Assembly: GCA_044892525.1 (NCBI GenBank)
Contig: CM097885.1
Coordinates: 237,586,001 to 237,650,000 of the forward strand
Length of the DNA stretch: 64,000 bases
Source: Schmidtea polychroa
Lineage: Eukaryota
Direction of reading: 5' to 3'
Below, piece after piece: positions 39,505-51,306 of the stretch (positions within the stretch are counted from its first letter, which is position 1; each line of letters opens with the position of its first letter). The position numbers were made by a program, and so were the translations under genes. The notes under the pieces were generated by a model. It saw nothing but the letters and a program-made list of their open reading frames with translations. It did no database searches and was not told the origin of the DNA.

Positions 39505-40299
39505 AATTTATTTAAAATTTATAGTACATGCATTATTAATATTATATCGATCTAATATTATATCGTCCTCTTTTTGTTCGGGTCCTTCGGAGGTCGAACT
39601 ACTTCATGGTCCTTCATAGGTCGAGGAAACCCTCCGTCTGACTCTTTGTATTTATTAAAGGTCAGTCGTAAAGGGTTGACTTTGCACATAACATTAAGGT
39701 TTGTGGAAGTGGTCACAGTGGGGCCATGGAAGCATTATTCTTCCCGACCTTTGCTTAATACACAATTAATTTCAACATTTAAAATCATGGACAACATCTC
39801 TACACTAAGGTATTAATCTGAGTAGAACTCATACCTAAACTTACACAATTCTACGCTCACACTCATGTAGCTGGTTGACCCTTAATAGTAATTGCAAGTA
39901 TACTTAGACAGATGCCGAACTAGATTTTGAAATAAGAGTTTACAGTAAAGTAATAAAATGAGAAGGATAGTCGGCATGTGTATAAGTATAGTTTAATCTA
40001 GATAGGCTAATTAAAGTAAATGTAGATATTATAAATGTAATTCTCCAGAAACAAATTACAAATTGATCAGGAATTCTACTCTAATATATTTGGGTAAATG
40101 ATAAATGAACAACACGGATAAATCTTAACTATAAAAATAAACCATAAGCAAGTGTATGTAGATCAGAAAATATAAATCTAGTTATGTATATATATGTTAA
40201 CTCTAAATAGGTAACCTGGTAAGGATAATAGATAGATTTTTAACCACAAAGATAACTTATAAATATTTCAGTATGAATTTCGGGTCCTAAAAATCTAAA

Positions 40300-40800
40300 T
40301 CCCAATTAGTTATGGAAAGATCTTTTTAATTTTAAAAATATAAATGATAAAAATTATAAATGTTATATATAAGTTATAATTATAAATTCCAAATAGTTAT
40401 GGGTAAATTTTACTTTATAAAAATGAAGGAATCTCTTTAATAATCTCTTTAATCTTAGAAACATAAATGATAAAAATGTTATATATAAATTATAATTATA
40501 AATTCCCAATAGTTATGGTTAAATTTTACCTTATAAGAATGAAAGAATCTCTTTAATAATCTCTTTAATATTAGAAACATAAATGATAAAAACTATAAAT
40601 GTTATATATGAATTATAATTATAAATCCCCAATAGTTATGGTTAAATTTTACTTTATAAAAATGAAAGAATCTCTTTAATAATCTCTTTAATCTTAAAAG
40701 CACAAATGATAAAAATTATAAATGTTAGCTATAAATTATAATTACAAATCCCCAATAGTTATGGTTAAAAGTTACTTGATAAAATATAAATTATAAATAT
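40300..40800. repeat. AT-rich tandem repeat of about 120 bp (about 4 units) inside L2
   Basis: tagttatgg anchors at 40394, 40510, 40633 and 40756. Confidence 0.85.
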
Positions 40801-40989
40801 AATCTATAAATAGGTATAAATACGAATTATAAATAGTTATATTTAATATTTAACTATAAATATATAAAGTACAAAAAGCGATAATGGCCTGCATCGAAGC
40901 ATACGACGTTAGAATTAGGGCTATAAAAATCTTGCTAGAGTCATAAATTATAAATTGAAATAATTATATTCATTATTATAACCATCATC

Positions 40990-41058
40990 ATTAGCGTTAT
41001 TATTACCATTATTATTATTGCTATCATTATACTATTATTACTACTATTATTATTATGA

Positions 41059-41130
<72 letters not shown>
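40990..41130. repeat. (ATT)n microsatellite inside L2
   Basis: Read directly; counterparts at 55430-55524 (L4) and 58100-58235 (L5). Confidence 0.9.
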
Positions 41131-42083
41131 AATTACTATGGTTATCCCTATCGGCAATTATTGCTCACCAAAATCAATATTCCAATCGAAATATCGATTT
41201 AAGATCGTCCCCCAAGTCAAATTTAGTATCAACCCTTTAGATCCAATAAAAAGGAGCGAAATCCTTAAAAGTTATTTTTAGTAACCCCCCCCCCCCTGGA
41301 AAAATGTTAACACTATCTAAGTAAATTGGAGATAGGGGTGGAAGTATATTACCAAAACCTATAAGATACCTATCTAAATCATTAATGAATCGTAATCATA
41401 TCATTTGTTTACTAGAGAATCAAACCACTATTACTAAAATACCAAAGATTTCTTTTATTATGATTAATAAATTATAAATACAAAACCACTACGAATTCCA
41501 AAAAAGAATCCCTAACAAGGAGTCGTACGACGATCTCCCAAAGCTAAACTCGTCCATCTCCAACCAAGAAAAATCATCACCCAGCATTTCTAGAAATGAA
41601 AATTTGCGGTAAATAAATAAATTACCTGAGCTGCTTGAAAGTCGATTGTACCACTCATGACGAGCACGATCAAAGGAAAGGTGAGTAGACGAGAAACTAA
41701 GCTCGCCACTAATGCCTATCACCCGATGTGCCCGAATTCAGTAGTAATTTACTAATTTCCGGGAATTAGACAAAATTTAACATAAAGATTTTTAAATTAC
41801 CATCTCGTGGTAAATAAATGATAAATAGTGAAATAGTAAGTTTAAACAAACATGACATTGAGGGAATTTTCTGTCGAGGTATGGACCTTTCAACATTAAT
41901 GCTTAATCTAGATAAATGTTTTTTTTTAATTTAATTAATTAAAAATTTCATCGATAAATTAAATCAAAAATTTCATGCTAAAAGTAGTTACATTAATTTT
42001 AGTAACTTTGGTAGTTAAAGTATTATTTATTTTGGTATATTTTCCACATTGGTTATGATCGGGTCTTAATATTTGTACTACAG

Positions 42084-42451
42084 ATATATCCCAATCAGAT
42101 GAGTTCAGTGATGTAGAAAACCACCGACAAATGATCACCCGGCTCCGTACGCGGTATATTTGGTACCGCATCCATGACTGGAATCGTGGATTGGACCTTG
42201 ACAACTTTGGTCCGGTTATCAGAAGCGGTTCGGAACCGGATGCCCCGGCGTGGGTGAAAACGGAGCCGGAGAACAACGTACTCCGAGAGGCCAGAGATCA
42301 AGCGGCCGTTGACGTGGAAATCGCTCAGAGCCGGCTGAAGAGACTGGAACTGCAACTTCGAGCCAAGCGAGAGGGGGTATCCCTAGAGGAGCTCGAAGAC
42401 GCCGAGATAGCTCCGCGGAAGAGAGGGAGGCCCCGCAAACAACCATTGTGA
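42084..42451 (+). CDS. LTR-encoded ORF-A exon (L2): small protein with VKxE motif, coiled coil and C-terminal AT-hook
   Basis: Acceptor tacag at 42083; TRLRTRYIW..IH.W..G.DLD; EPDAPAWVK.E; PRKRGRPRK. Conserved in L4 and L5 with many synonymous changes. Confidence 0.85.
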
Positions 42452-42725
42452 TCGTGGACAATTCAGTTAACTTGGACAACTCCTGTTTTTATGAATTAAC
42501 TATTGGCAGTTGTTGTGTTTGATTTAAATTTTTTGTGTATATTAGTAAACGTCGAGTGTTTACTCTCAAATAAAGTGTTTTCTTTTTATTTTGTGCATTA
42601 CTTGATAAATGGAGGAGTATAAAGATACTTCAGTAGAAATGCTAACATCAACTCATTAATTTTACTATTCATTGGTTTTAACTTTCTGTTTGGGTGTAAT
42701 GGAAACTAATGCTTTTTCCTTTTAG

Positions 42726-43195
42726 TGTATAAATTGATGGAAAACCTACGCAAGGATCGTGAGCAGGCCCAGCAGCAAACCGACGAACTCCGAATCCGGG
42801 TGGACAAGTTGAAAGGAAAATGTCGGGAGTTCGAGGGGACCTGGTTTAGTCCCGAAGCAATGAAAAAGAAAACAACCCAGATCCTCCAGCTGCAGGCACA
42901 GGCCGCACAAGACCAGATGGAGATCCGCGCCCTGAAATTGCAGGTGCGGGCGCTGGAAACCGAGCGAAATGAGCAGTTGGTGCAGGAGGCCGTGGCAAGA
43001 CAAATACGGCCACTGGCCGTTGAACTCGCAACCATATATCCCCCAGCTGCTGAAAGTAAGCCTAAGCGAAAGCGGCTTGGACGGAACATTCGGGAGAAAC
43101 TGAAGAAGGCCAGGTTGGCCGAGTACGAACGGCAAACAATTTCAGCGCAAGTGTCTACGACGGGACCGGTTTGCCCCACCAACAAGCCGATCTGA
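42726..43195 (+). CDS. LTR-encoded ORF-B exon (L2): coiled coil, TWFxP motif, basic KPKRKRLGRN motif
   Basis: Acceptor ctttag at 42725; homologs in L1, L3, L4 and L5; AATAAA at about 43264. Confidence 0.85.
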
Positions 43196-43360
43196 ACTGT
43201 TGCAAAATGTTGATCTGTATATATTTGTAGTATGATTTGTATAATTGTTGTAGCATGAAAATAATAAATATTTTGTAGTATTAAAATAATATCCAAAAAA
43301 TTTTGTGATTGACTGAGAAGTGAGAGTTTGTGCGAGAGTTTGGGAGAACAATTTTGATAA

Positions 43361-43586
43361 GGGACCTGAGAAATCGGACACACACCTTCTAACGGTAGTC
43401 CGTGAACCCATAGAGTACTCGACAATTATAGTGCCTTGATGCGCTCACTTTTTGCGAGTACTCACCCCTTGGTACAGTACCAACGTTGATTACTCAACGG
43501 GTACCAAGCGGAAGAAGAATGTTGTATTCTGGGTTACGCTGGTAACAGCACTAACTAATAAACCTTTAACCATCAGTAACCCACCA
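43361..43586 (-). ncRNA. LTR-terminal structured RNA, copy L2
   Basis: Minus strand reads cttggtac-c-cgttga-GTAA-tcaacg-TTGGTACT-gtaccaag, with the other domains as in L5. Confidence 0.7.
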
Positions 43587-43889
43587 CAAGCCACATTGTG
43601 TCTAGGGGTTGTTTTTAGAAATTTAATATTTTTTAATAGCATATTATCTTAATATATCATTTTCATATTTTCTCAATTAAAATATTTGCATTGCGATATC
43701 TCTTAGTTGGTAGCGAACGTGTTCAGTAGCCACATTCGTTTTTCAAACCCTTCTGAGAAGTCAAACATTACTAGTTAGCATATATTTTCAACATGACTAC
43801 AAAAATAATAGTCGTTTAACGAGTTAACTCGTAGTTGGCGTAATAATCATATAATACGAGTTATATCATAGTTGGCAGCGAACGTGTTA

Positions 43890-43896
43890 AATAATA

Positions 43897-43979
<83 letters not shown>

Positions 43980-43990
43980 TAATAATAATA
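43890..43990. repeat. (AAT)n microsatellite
   Basis: Read directly. Confidence 0.95.
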
Positions 43991-44017
43991 TTAAATTCTA
44001 ATTATAAAATGTGTTAA

Positions 44018-44322
44018 CCCTTTGAGGGTGCCGTGCGACTACAGTCGCACAACTTTATTTTGGTCTTGAGGGCGAAATTCGACTCTAGTCCACTAAATCC
44101 CAAAAACTTCTAGTTTGCACCAATAAATTCTACAGCTTGTAATAGTTGTCAAAATAGCCATACTTTTAATTTTACGTCTTCAATAATCTTCATATAATCG
44201 TCAGTGTATCTCGATCTGCAGTAAAGTGGAGTGTTGAAAATCAATTTAGGAAAACTTCATTTTTTATGGCAAAATTGCACTTTTGGGGGAATAAAAAATT
44301 TTTGAGCCCGTCGCCCTCAGTG
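44018..44322. mobile_element. piggyBac-like MITE
   Basis: TTAA-CCCTTTGAGGGTG ... CGCCCTCAGTG-TTAA; subterminal palindrome GTGCGACTACAGTCGCAC. Confidence 0.6.
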
Positions 44323-44405
44323 TTAAACTGATTTATGATCAGCTTTATTAATATTATTTTTTCCATCTGTTATTTTCTTTTTGTTTAAAAATTAATTATA
44401 TATGC

Positions 44406-46780
44406 CAGTGCTTCCCTACGTTTTTCAGTCTACGGCACGGCAACTAGTTTTGTAAAAATATATCGGCACACTAAAAAAATTTATTACATATTTATAGAAA
44501 AAAAACTCGAGTTTTGCAAAAAAAAATATTTTTAATAAAGTTATACATTTACATTTGATATTACATTTCTAATGTGAAATCTGATCTTGATGTCGAGAAC
44601 AGAGTTTGCTTATATTAGGTTCAATACTTGAAATTGATACGCGCGTCTCATGGTTAAGGCTTTTAATACACGATCGCTTTATGTTTTTAATGGTAACCAT
44701 CGATGAAAAGCTTTTTTCACAGATGTAGGTAGTAGCGAATGGTAACAGAATTTCAATTGCTTTTTTTGAAATAGTTGGGAATTCCTTCTCAGCGATTAAC
44801 CAAAACTGAGATATTGGAATATTGTCTTTAAATTGAAGCTCAAGTGTACGATCATTTTTTAAATCTTTTAGTTCTTCTTTTTGTTTCATCGATAAGTTTT
44901 GCGAAGATTGTTCAGACGGCAAAACAAAAGGATTTCGAACCCAATCAAATTCAATCAACTTATTTGATTTAAAATAATGCTGCAGCTTTTCTTCAAGTAA
45001 ATATAGATGCTGCTCCACAAGTTTGAATATTTGCTTATCAAGATTTAAAGTACAACACCTATTAAACATAGAAATTTTACCAGTTTTCACTTCATTAATC
45101 CACAGCTGAATTTCAGCCTTAAATCCATTTATTTTATCATTTTTTCCTTGCATTTTACGATTAAGCTCGTTAAGATGTTCATATATATCAGCTAAATACG
45201 CAACTTTCTGTAGCCAGACGTTATCTTTCAAACTTTTTTGATAAAAAGTGTCATTCTCGAAAAAAGGTTTTAATTCATCTTTAAGCTCATAAACTCTTGA
45301 CAATACTCTTCCCCTTTACAGCCAGCCCACTTCAGTATGAAAAAGTAAAGTCTGATGTTCGGACCCCATTTCTTCGCATAAAATTGAGAATAACCGAGAT
45401 TGAAGTGGCCTAGATTTAATCACGTTCACCATTTTAACTATTTCATTTAACGTGATTTTTAGATCTTCTGGTAAACTTTGAGACATAAGAGCTTCCCTGT
45501 GGATAAAACAGTGTATTATTTGAATTTCATGATTTTCAGAGAGAACTTCAGCCACCAAGCCTTTAACAGTTCCTGTCATTGCAGCTGCACCATCTCAGAT
45601 GGTCCATCTGTACATAAGCTAATACAATTTTTCAAATATATATTGTTATTGACAAAATACTCGTTGATTACTTTAAATATTTCTTCCCTAGTTGTTCGAT
45701 TGGGAAGTTCTTTGCAAAATAAATAATGTTCTTTCATTTCTTTTTCTTCACAAATTCGAACGAATACCATAAGCTGAGCACAATTACTACAGTCTGTAGA
45801 TTCATCAACCTGTATCGAAAAAATTTCTGAATCTTTAATTTTTTGTATTAACGATGATTCTATGTCAATAGACATTTCGTTAATATGCCTACTAATTGTA
45901 TTATTAGAAAGTGGCACTTTTTCAATTTCTTTTGCTTCTTTGTCTCCAAAAATATGTCGAACAATTTCTATGCAAGATTGTAGAATTAAAGATTCAGCTA
46001 TAATGTGCGGTTCTTTAGCTTTAGCTACTAATTTTGCAACATTTAGCTAGCTTCTTGAGCACGTCTTGAAACTGTGGTTGCTGAATTCATAAAAATACTG
46101 TTTTTTATTATCAATTTGCATTCTTTTAAAAAATTCAACACTCTTTTCAGCATAATTGGAATGTCTAGTTTTAAGATGTCGCTGAAGTTTACTTGGCACC
46201 ATTGTTTCATTTGATAATGTTTCCCGACATATTATACAATGAGGTTGAATACTTCCAGCAATTTCAACACTTGAGAAACCAAATTTGATGTATTCTTCAT
46301 TATATTGTCTATTAGCAGTTGGTTTTACTTTTTTCTTTGGAATCTGTTCCATATCAACAACTGCTGATTTATCGCTTCTTTTTAAAAATTTATCCATAAT
46401 TTAAATTTTAATTATTTTTTACAAAAAATACTTTGCAATACCTATATATGTTGTATAAAATCAAAATAGTTTTCTAAATTATTTTTATATTTACCTTTAA
46501 ACTTAAATATTATAAAGCAAGAGCTTACGTTACTGGTCACTACTGTTCACAAAATATAAACTGAATACTAAAAAGAAGAATATCGACATGCGACTATTCA
46601 TTCACTCTTCAAAGATTTTGCAGAGCCTACTTAATTTTTTTTAATTTTTCAGTTACTGAATTTTCGAATAAAAAAAAATTAATATGTAAATATTAGTCGA
46701 ACAATATTTACCACTTCAAAAATAATTAGTAAGAAAATTTTTAAAAAATCCACAATTATCTTACTGGTTGGGAAGCTATG
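44406..46780 (-). mobile_element. hAT Buster/Charlie-type transposon with frameshifted transposase (46397-44569)
   Basis: RQYNEEYIKFGF, CIIC..KLQRHLKTRH, SIQVDESTD, SLCTDG, HCFIHREAL and PFATTYICEKSFS spread over four ORF pieces. Ends CAGTGCTTCCC / GGGAAGCTATG; degenerate TSD atatatgc/acatatga. Confidence 0.9.
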
Positions 46781-47572
46781 ACATATGAAATCAGAAATGA
46801 TTTTAATTATTTTAAATAATATTTATAAAATTTAAAAATTTTTATTTTTATTGTCAAATTACAAAATTCAATCAAACATATTTAAACTAATACTTTTCAA
46901 AATTTTCATTTAAATTAAATTATTTATTAAATATTTTTTTGACAAATTAAAATTTTATTTTGATTTCATGTCATTATTGGAAATTATTTACACAAATAGT
47001 TATAACTGATTACGTAAAATGGCTGATTGTCTTGAGAAACTTCTTCTGACCTGCACTCACAAGGATTTACGTTCTAAGGTTGATGAAGTTATGACAAAGT
47101 TTATTGTGGACAAAACTCATCGTCTTAATTTCATATTGTAATTGTTTAGAATATTTGTTTTCAAATGTGTCGTTTTGTGTTTGAAAGCGTGAGGTCGTGA
47201 ATCGTGTCCCCTTTCAATTAGCCAAGAATTTGTGATTAGGAATTATTGGGTAGAATAATTAGACAATCTTGAAAATTAATTAAGTAATCATTTAATTAAT
47301 TAAGTAATTAAGTAAACCTTAAATACTGTTTCAATAATAAGACTCTAGGCGAGCCCCACCAACAAAAGATCCTGGACAAGAAGCAAAATGAAATTATTTA
47401 CAAATAAGAAATTCTTTTAATAAAAATTCAATTAAATGCATCGTGTAAAAACTTTAAAAATCATTATTTAATAATAAATTTAATTCAAATATTATGATTA
47501 TATACAAATAATTTGGATTTTAATAAAAATTACTGAAAATAAAAAAACGTCAATTTTATTTTTTGCTCCAAC

Positions 47573-47968
47573 ATGGGGTGCTGTTGTACAATGCCGCCGA
47601 ATGAAAACTATTCGGAAGAAAATGAGGTGGAAAAGAGCCATGGTACCTGTTGTAATTCAAAAAGGATTTTAGAAGAGGATGATGTAGATATAATTTATAC
47701 CAAAGCTCAGACACCAGATTTATCCTCAGATATTACGGACAAACTTAATCCAGTTATACAAGAAAATATGTATGGAATTGGTAGAGTTTCAGATTTACTG
47801 ATTTCAGATGCGAATTTAATAAGAAATAAAAATTTCGAACTAAGTAAAGAGACTGAAGATGAAGTCTTGGAAACGAACTATAATTATAGAAGATATAGTC
47901 GGGATATTTTGTATCAATTTCATTTACCCCTGTCGACTTATTTTGGAATTGAAAATATTATATTCTAA
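47573..47968 (+). CDS. Uncharacterised small acidic protein with N-terminal MGCCC lipidation motif
   Basis: 131-aa ORF in otherwise AT-rich unique DNA; MGCCC resembles a myristoylation/palmitoylation signal. The exon structure may be incomplete. Confidence 0.55.
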   Translation: MGCCCTMPPNENYSEENEVEKSHGTCCNSKRILEEDDVDIIYTKAQTPDLSSDITDKLNPVIQENMYGIGRVSDLLISDANLIRNKNFELSKETEDEVLETNYNYRRYSRDILYQFHLPLSTYFGIENIIF

Positions 47969-48114
47969 TTTCAGCTTAACATTTTTAAAATTTATCTTTT
48001 ATTCAATGCAAATGGTCTTCAACGATGGAATTGGCTGACAGTATAAAGCTTGGAAAACTTAAAAATTATTGAAATATAAATCAAACCTTTATTTGTTCGG
48101 TCTGCAATTTTATC

Positions 48115-48768
48115 CAGGGCCGTTTTATCCCGTAGACACTGTGCCTAGGGCCTACAAACAAAATTAAATTACATTTTTTTTATTATTTTGTCGTAATGTC
48201 GTTGATTGATTAAAAATAAAAAATAAACAAAAAACATTAACAAGAAACCAAAATTAAAATTGCAAATTCAATATTAATCTCATTTAGTTAAGTTGGGATG
48301 GTCTATAGCAGTGGTTCTCAACCCGTGTTCCGCGAAAAAAATGACATTTTATCTTTAAATTTGCATTTAAGATACATCATCAAAAACCTCAATTAATTTT
48401 TTTATAAGATGATTCAATAAGAAAGCCGTTACACAGATATAAAACATACAAATATAAAAGGGTTTTTATTGCTTGTTATTGTTGCGCGTGGTATTTTCTT
48501 TGCTTATAAGAAGGCATTGATTACGTTTACGACAGATTTATAGTAATTTGTGATTGGTCACTCATTGTGGGCAAGTATTTTATGTCAGTGTTCTGCGTAA
48601 AAAAATCATGTGGATGGTGTTCCGCGCTTTTAAATTAATTGAGAACCACTACTTTACAGTCTACACAGTAGACTAAATTATATTAACTTTGGGGCTAAAA
48701 ATGCTGCAATACAGATATCCAAATTTCAAAAAGTGCCTAGGGCCTACGATGACATTAAAACGGGCCTG
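48115..48768. mobile_element. hAT MITE containing a nested Charlie-type MITE (48309-48651)
   Basis: Outer TIR CAGGGCCGTTTTA / TAAAACGGGCCTG with exact TSD attttatc; inner TIR CAGTGGTTCTCAA / TTGAGAACCACTA. Confidence 0.88.
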
Positions 48769-49471
48769 ATTTTATCCCGTATATTTATCACTCAAGAGTC
48801 AGTGACAAATATTCGCCAAAAAAGTCAGTTTTTTTTAAATTATCTGGTATGTTTTCTTGGTTTACTGTTGATATGAAAACCATTCAAGCCATCACTAATC
48901 ATCCAGCAATTAACGTTATCGATAGACATCCCATCATTTCGCAAAATTATAGACATATTATATTCAAAAGAATTAAAATTCTTTTCAAGTAGATTTATTT
49001 GGCTTAAAAGAAAATGATTTAAATTCGGATTGGACGGCTCAGAAATTAAAATTGATTCCAGGAAGACCTGATTTGTAGGAATTTAATTTCTGAGGATAGT
49101 GCTGGGATATTTAAATTTTCGTCGACAACTCCTCGTGTTCAGCAATCAAAAGAACTCTAATCCCAACAAAATATTTATTTCCAAATTATTCAAATTAATT
49201 ATAACGTTACACAAATTGGGTAGATGCATGATGGGTATCATCAGGTAAAATGAAAACACAAAATCTTGTTTATTTCTTTTCTCTAATTTACTTCTCGACT
49301 CGTTCTGTCTTTAATTTAACAATTTTCTCTTCGACAAACTGGCGCTTTCTGTTTTTTGCTCTGTTATTATAAAGTATTTTAGTGGTCATTAATATTTCCA
49401 TCAACCGGCTGAAGAATTCACTGCCAATTGTCCTAATTCCCGACAACCCATTGATCTGACAATCAGCTGGA

Positions 49472-49703
49472 TGGTGGGTTAACAGTAATCCAAGTTTTAC
49501 CTCATCGTGCTGTTTCCAGTGTAACCCAGAATACAATTGATAGCTGATCACTTGGTACCCGTTGAATAATCAACGTTGGTACTGTACCAAGGGTTTGAGT
49601 ACTAGGAAAAAGTGAGCATGCTTAACATACTGTAATTGTCTAGCACTCACCTGGGTTCAAGGACTGCCGATAGAAGGCTTATGTCCGATTTTTCACGGTC
49701 CCC
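49472..49703 (+). ncRNA. LTR-terminal structured RNA, copy L3
   Basis: Same four domains as L5; compensatory change ctcg/cgag to ctag/ctag. Confidence 0.65.
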
Positions 49704-49806
49704 TTTGTATTAATTGGTGTTCTCGAATGATCAGAATATATACAGACACATGAGTCATCAAAATAACGAACACTTTTATTGAAATCACATAACCCATGAT
49801 GAGAGT

Positions 49807-50267
49807 TCATAATGCGCCAGTGGACTCTCCTGGGGTAGTTATTCGTAGGGTCAAGTGGGTTGGTCCTTGGACTAAGCTGGCTTGTCGTAATCTGGCCCGG
49901 ACAGCCTTACCCGACCGGATTTTCTTCCGAGGTGGAATAAGAGATGCGAGTACATTAGGTTTGTTGAGTACTTCCGACAGAGGTCAAACCCTGGCGATCA
50001 CGTCTTGATCAATTGCCTGTTGATGGGCCTGGGTCTCGAGTTCCCTCACCCTCAGACGGAGAGCTTGTAATTCAACTTGATCTTGAGCGCTCTGCAATTG
50101 CAACTGGGAAATCAGTTTCGGGCGCTTTTGTATCTCCGCCGGCGGGAACCATGTACTCTCGAAGTTTCGGCAGTGTTATTTGATCCTCGTCAGATTAGCT
50201 CGATACACTTCCGTCTGTTGTTGCGTCCGTTCACGGTCCCGACGCATATCTTCCAAGAGTTTTAGAA
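49807..50267 (-). pseudogene. ORF-B pseudo-exon (L3)
   Basis: LKLLEDMRRDRERTQQQ..FESTWFPPAE..AQDQVELQALRLRVRELE with two in-frame stops. Confidence 0.8.
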
Positions 50268-50490
50268 CTAAATCAAAGGTATAATTAATGACGTGTTCTT
50301 TCATAATCTAATCAGGCGACTACACCCTGTCGCTATAATTATCGTTATGCAGAATGCGATCGTCAAGCTGTAGTCCTATATTAATATGTGTTTAAACCCC
50401 GGATTAGTCCTAAGAGTCCCGCTAAAAGTACTCATAATTCGTGTAAGATTAATAAATAATAAAAAAATCACCTTATGAATAAATTATAAT

Positions 50491-50711
50491 TGGTGGGTTA
50501 CAGGTGGTTGAATGTTTAAGTGCTGTTACCAGCGTAACCCAGAATACAACCTTGTTTTCCTCTTGGTACCCGTTGAGCAATCAACGTTGGTACTGTACCA
50601 AGGGGTTGAGTACTCGCAAAAAGTGAGCGCGTTAAGAGCACTATAATTGTCGAGCACTCTATGGGTTCACGGACGCCGATAGAAGGCACGTGTCCGATTT
50701 ATTTCGGTCCC
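50491..50711 (+). ncRNA. LTR-terminal structured RNA, copy L4
   Basis: cgttga-GCAA-tcaacg-TTGGTACT; gcc-GATAGAA-ggc. Confidence 0.7.
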
Positions 50712-50872
50712 TCATCGAGATTGTTTTCCCAAATACTCTCACGTCCCTCCTAGGGTTCTCAACAATCGCCAAAATGATACAGCGTAGACTTCGTAACTAT
50801 TTATTGATCCATCACAATTTCACAACTTATACTTTATCTAAGAGGGTTTATATACCCAATTTCACCTCAGGA

Positions 50873-51306
50873 TCATGGGACTGCTCCAGACTCCCTCAGC
50901 TTCTCCTGTTCGGCGAGCCAGGCCCTTTTCAATTTGTCTCGGGCGTTCCGCCCCAGCCGTTTACGTTTTGGCTTGTTCGTCTGGGCCGGTGGGGATATCT
51001 TGGCCAGTTCTACAGGAAACGGGTGGATCTGTGCTTGGAGGGTGCTCTGGATGAGCCCTTCATCCAGCTTGGCTTCGAGCGAGCGCACCTGCAATTTCAA
51101 CGCTCGGATTTCGAGTTGATCCCGCTCCGCCTGGGTCTGGAGCTGTAGAATGTGTGCCGTGCGTTTCTTCATCTCGGCCGGGCAGAACCAAGTACCTTGA
51201 AGTTCCCGGTACTTCATCTTGAGTTTTTCGACCCGGCCTCGGAGGTCCTCAGCTTGTTGTTGGGCCTATTCACGGTCCCTGCGTAGGCTCTCGAATAGTT
51301 TGTACA
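50873..51306 (-). pseudogene. ORF-B exon (L4) with one nonsense codon
   Basis: Acceptor cttttag; YKLFESLRRDRE*AQQQ..LQGTWFCPAEMKK..KPKRKRLGRN. Confidence 0.8.

Larger units (their letters stand above)
38639..43586 (+). mobile_element. Giant solo LTR L2 (4948 bp)
   Basis: TGTTGGG...CCCACCA termini; exact TSD CAAG (38635-38638, 43587-43590); colinear with the reverse complement of L5. Confidence 0.92.
38596..43886. mobile_element. piggyBac-like MITE (about 340 bp) split by the LTR L2 insertion
   Basis: TTAA-CACATTCGCTGCCA ... TGGCAGCGAACGTG-TTAA flank L2. Confidence 0.75.
49472..50490 (-). mobile_element. Giant-LTR remnant L3 (terminal 1 kb), interrupted by L4
   Basis: TGGTGGGTT terminus, structured RNA at 49472-49703 and an ORF-B pseudo-exon. 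Confidence 0.8.

Noticed and set aside
39574..39816. ORF conserved with 59265-59657 as a third LTR protein
   Set aside because: Differences are mostly non-synonymous and L2 has a frameshift relative to L5; the conservation is better explained by RNA or regulatory structure.
41018..41281. Poly-Ile/Leu/Tyr/Asn/Phe ORFs (also 23408, 55249, 55371, 58047, 62547)
   Set aside because: Translations of microsatellites or homopolymers.
42706..43425. Antisense ORFs overlapping ORF-A and ORF-B (for example the 239-aa ORF)
   Set aside because: Shadow frames of GC-rich coding exons; starts and lengths are not conserved between copies.
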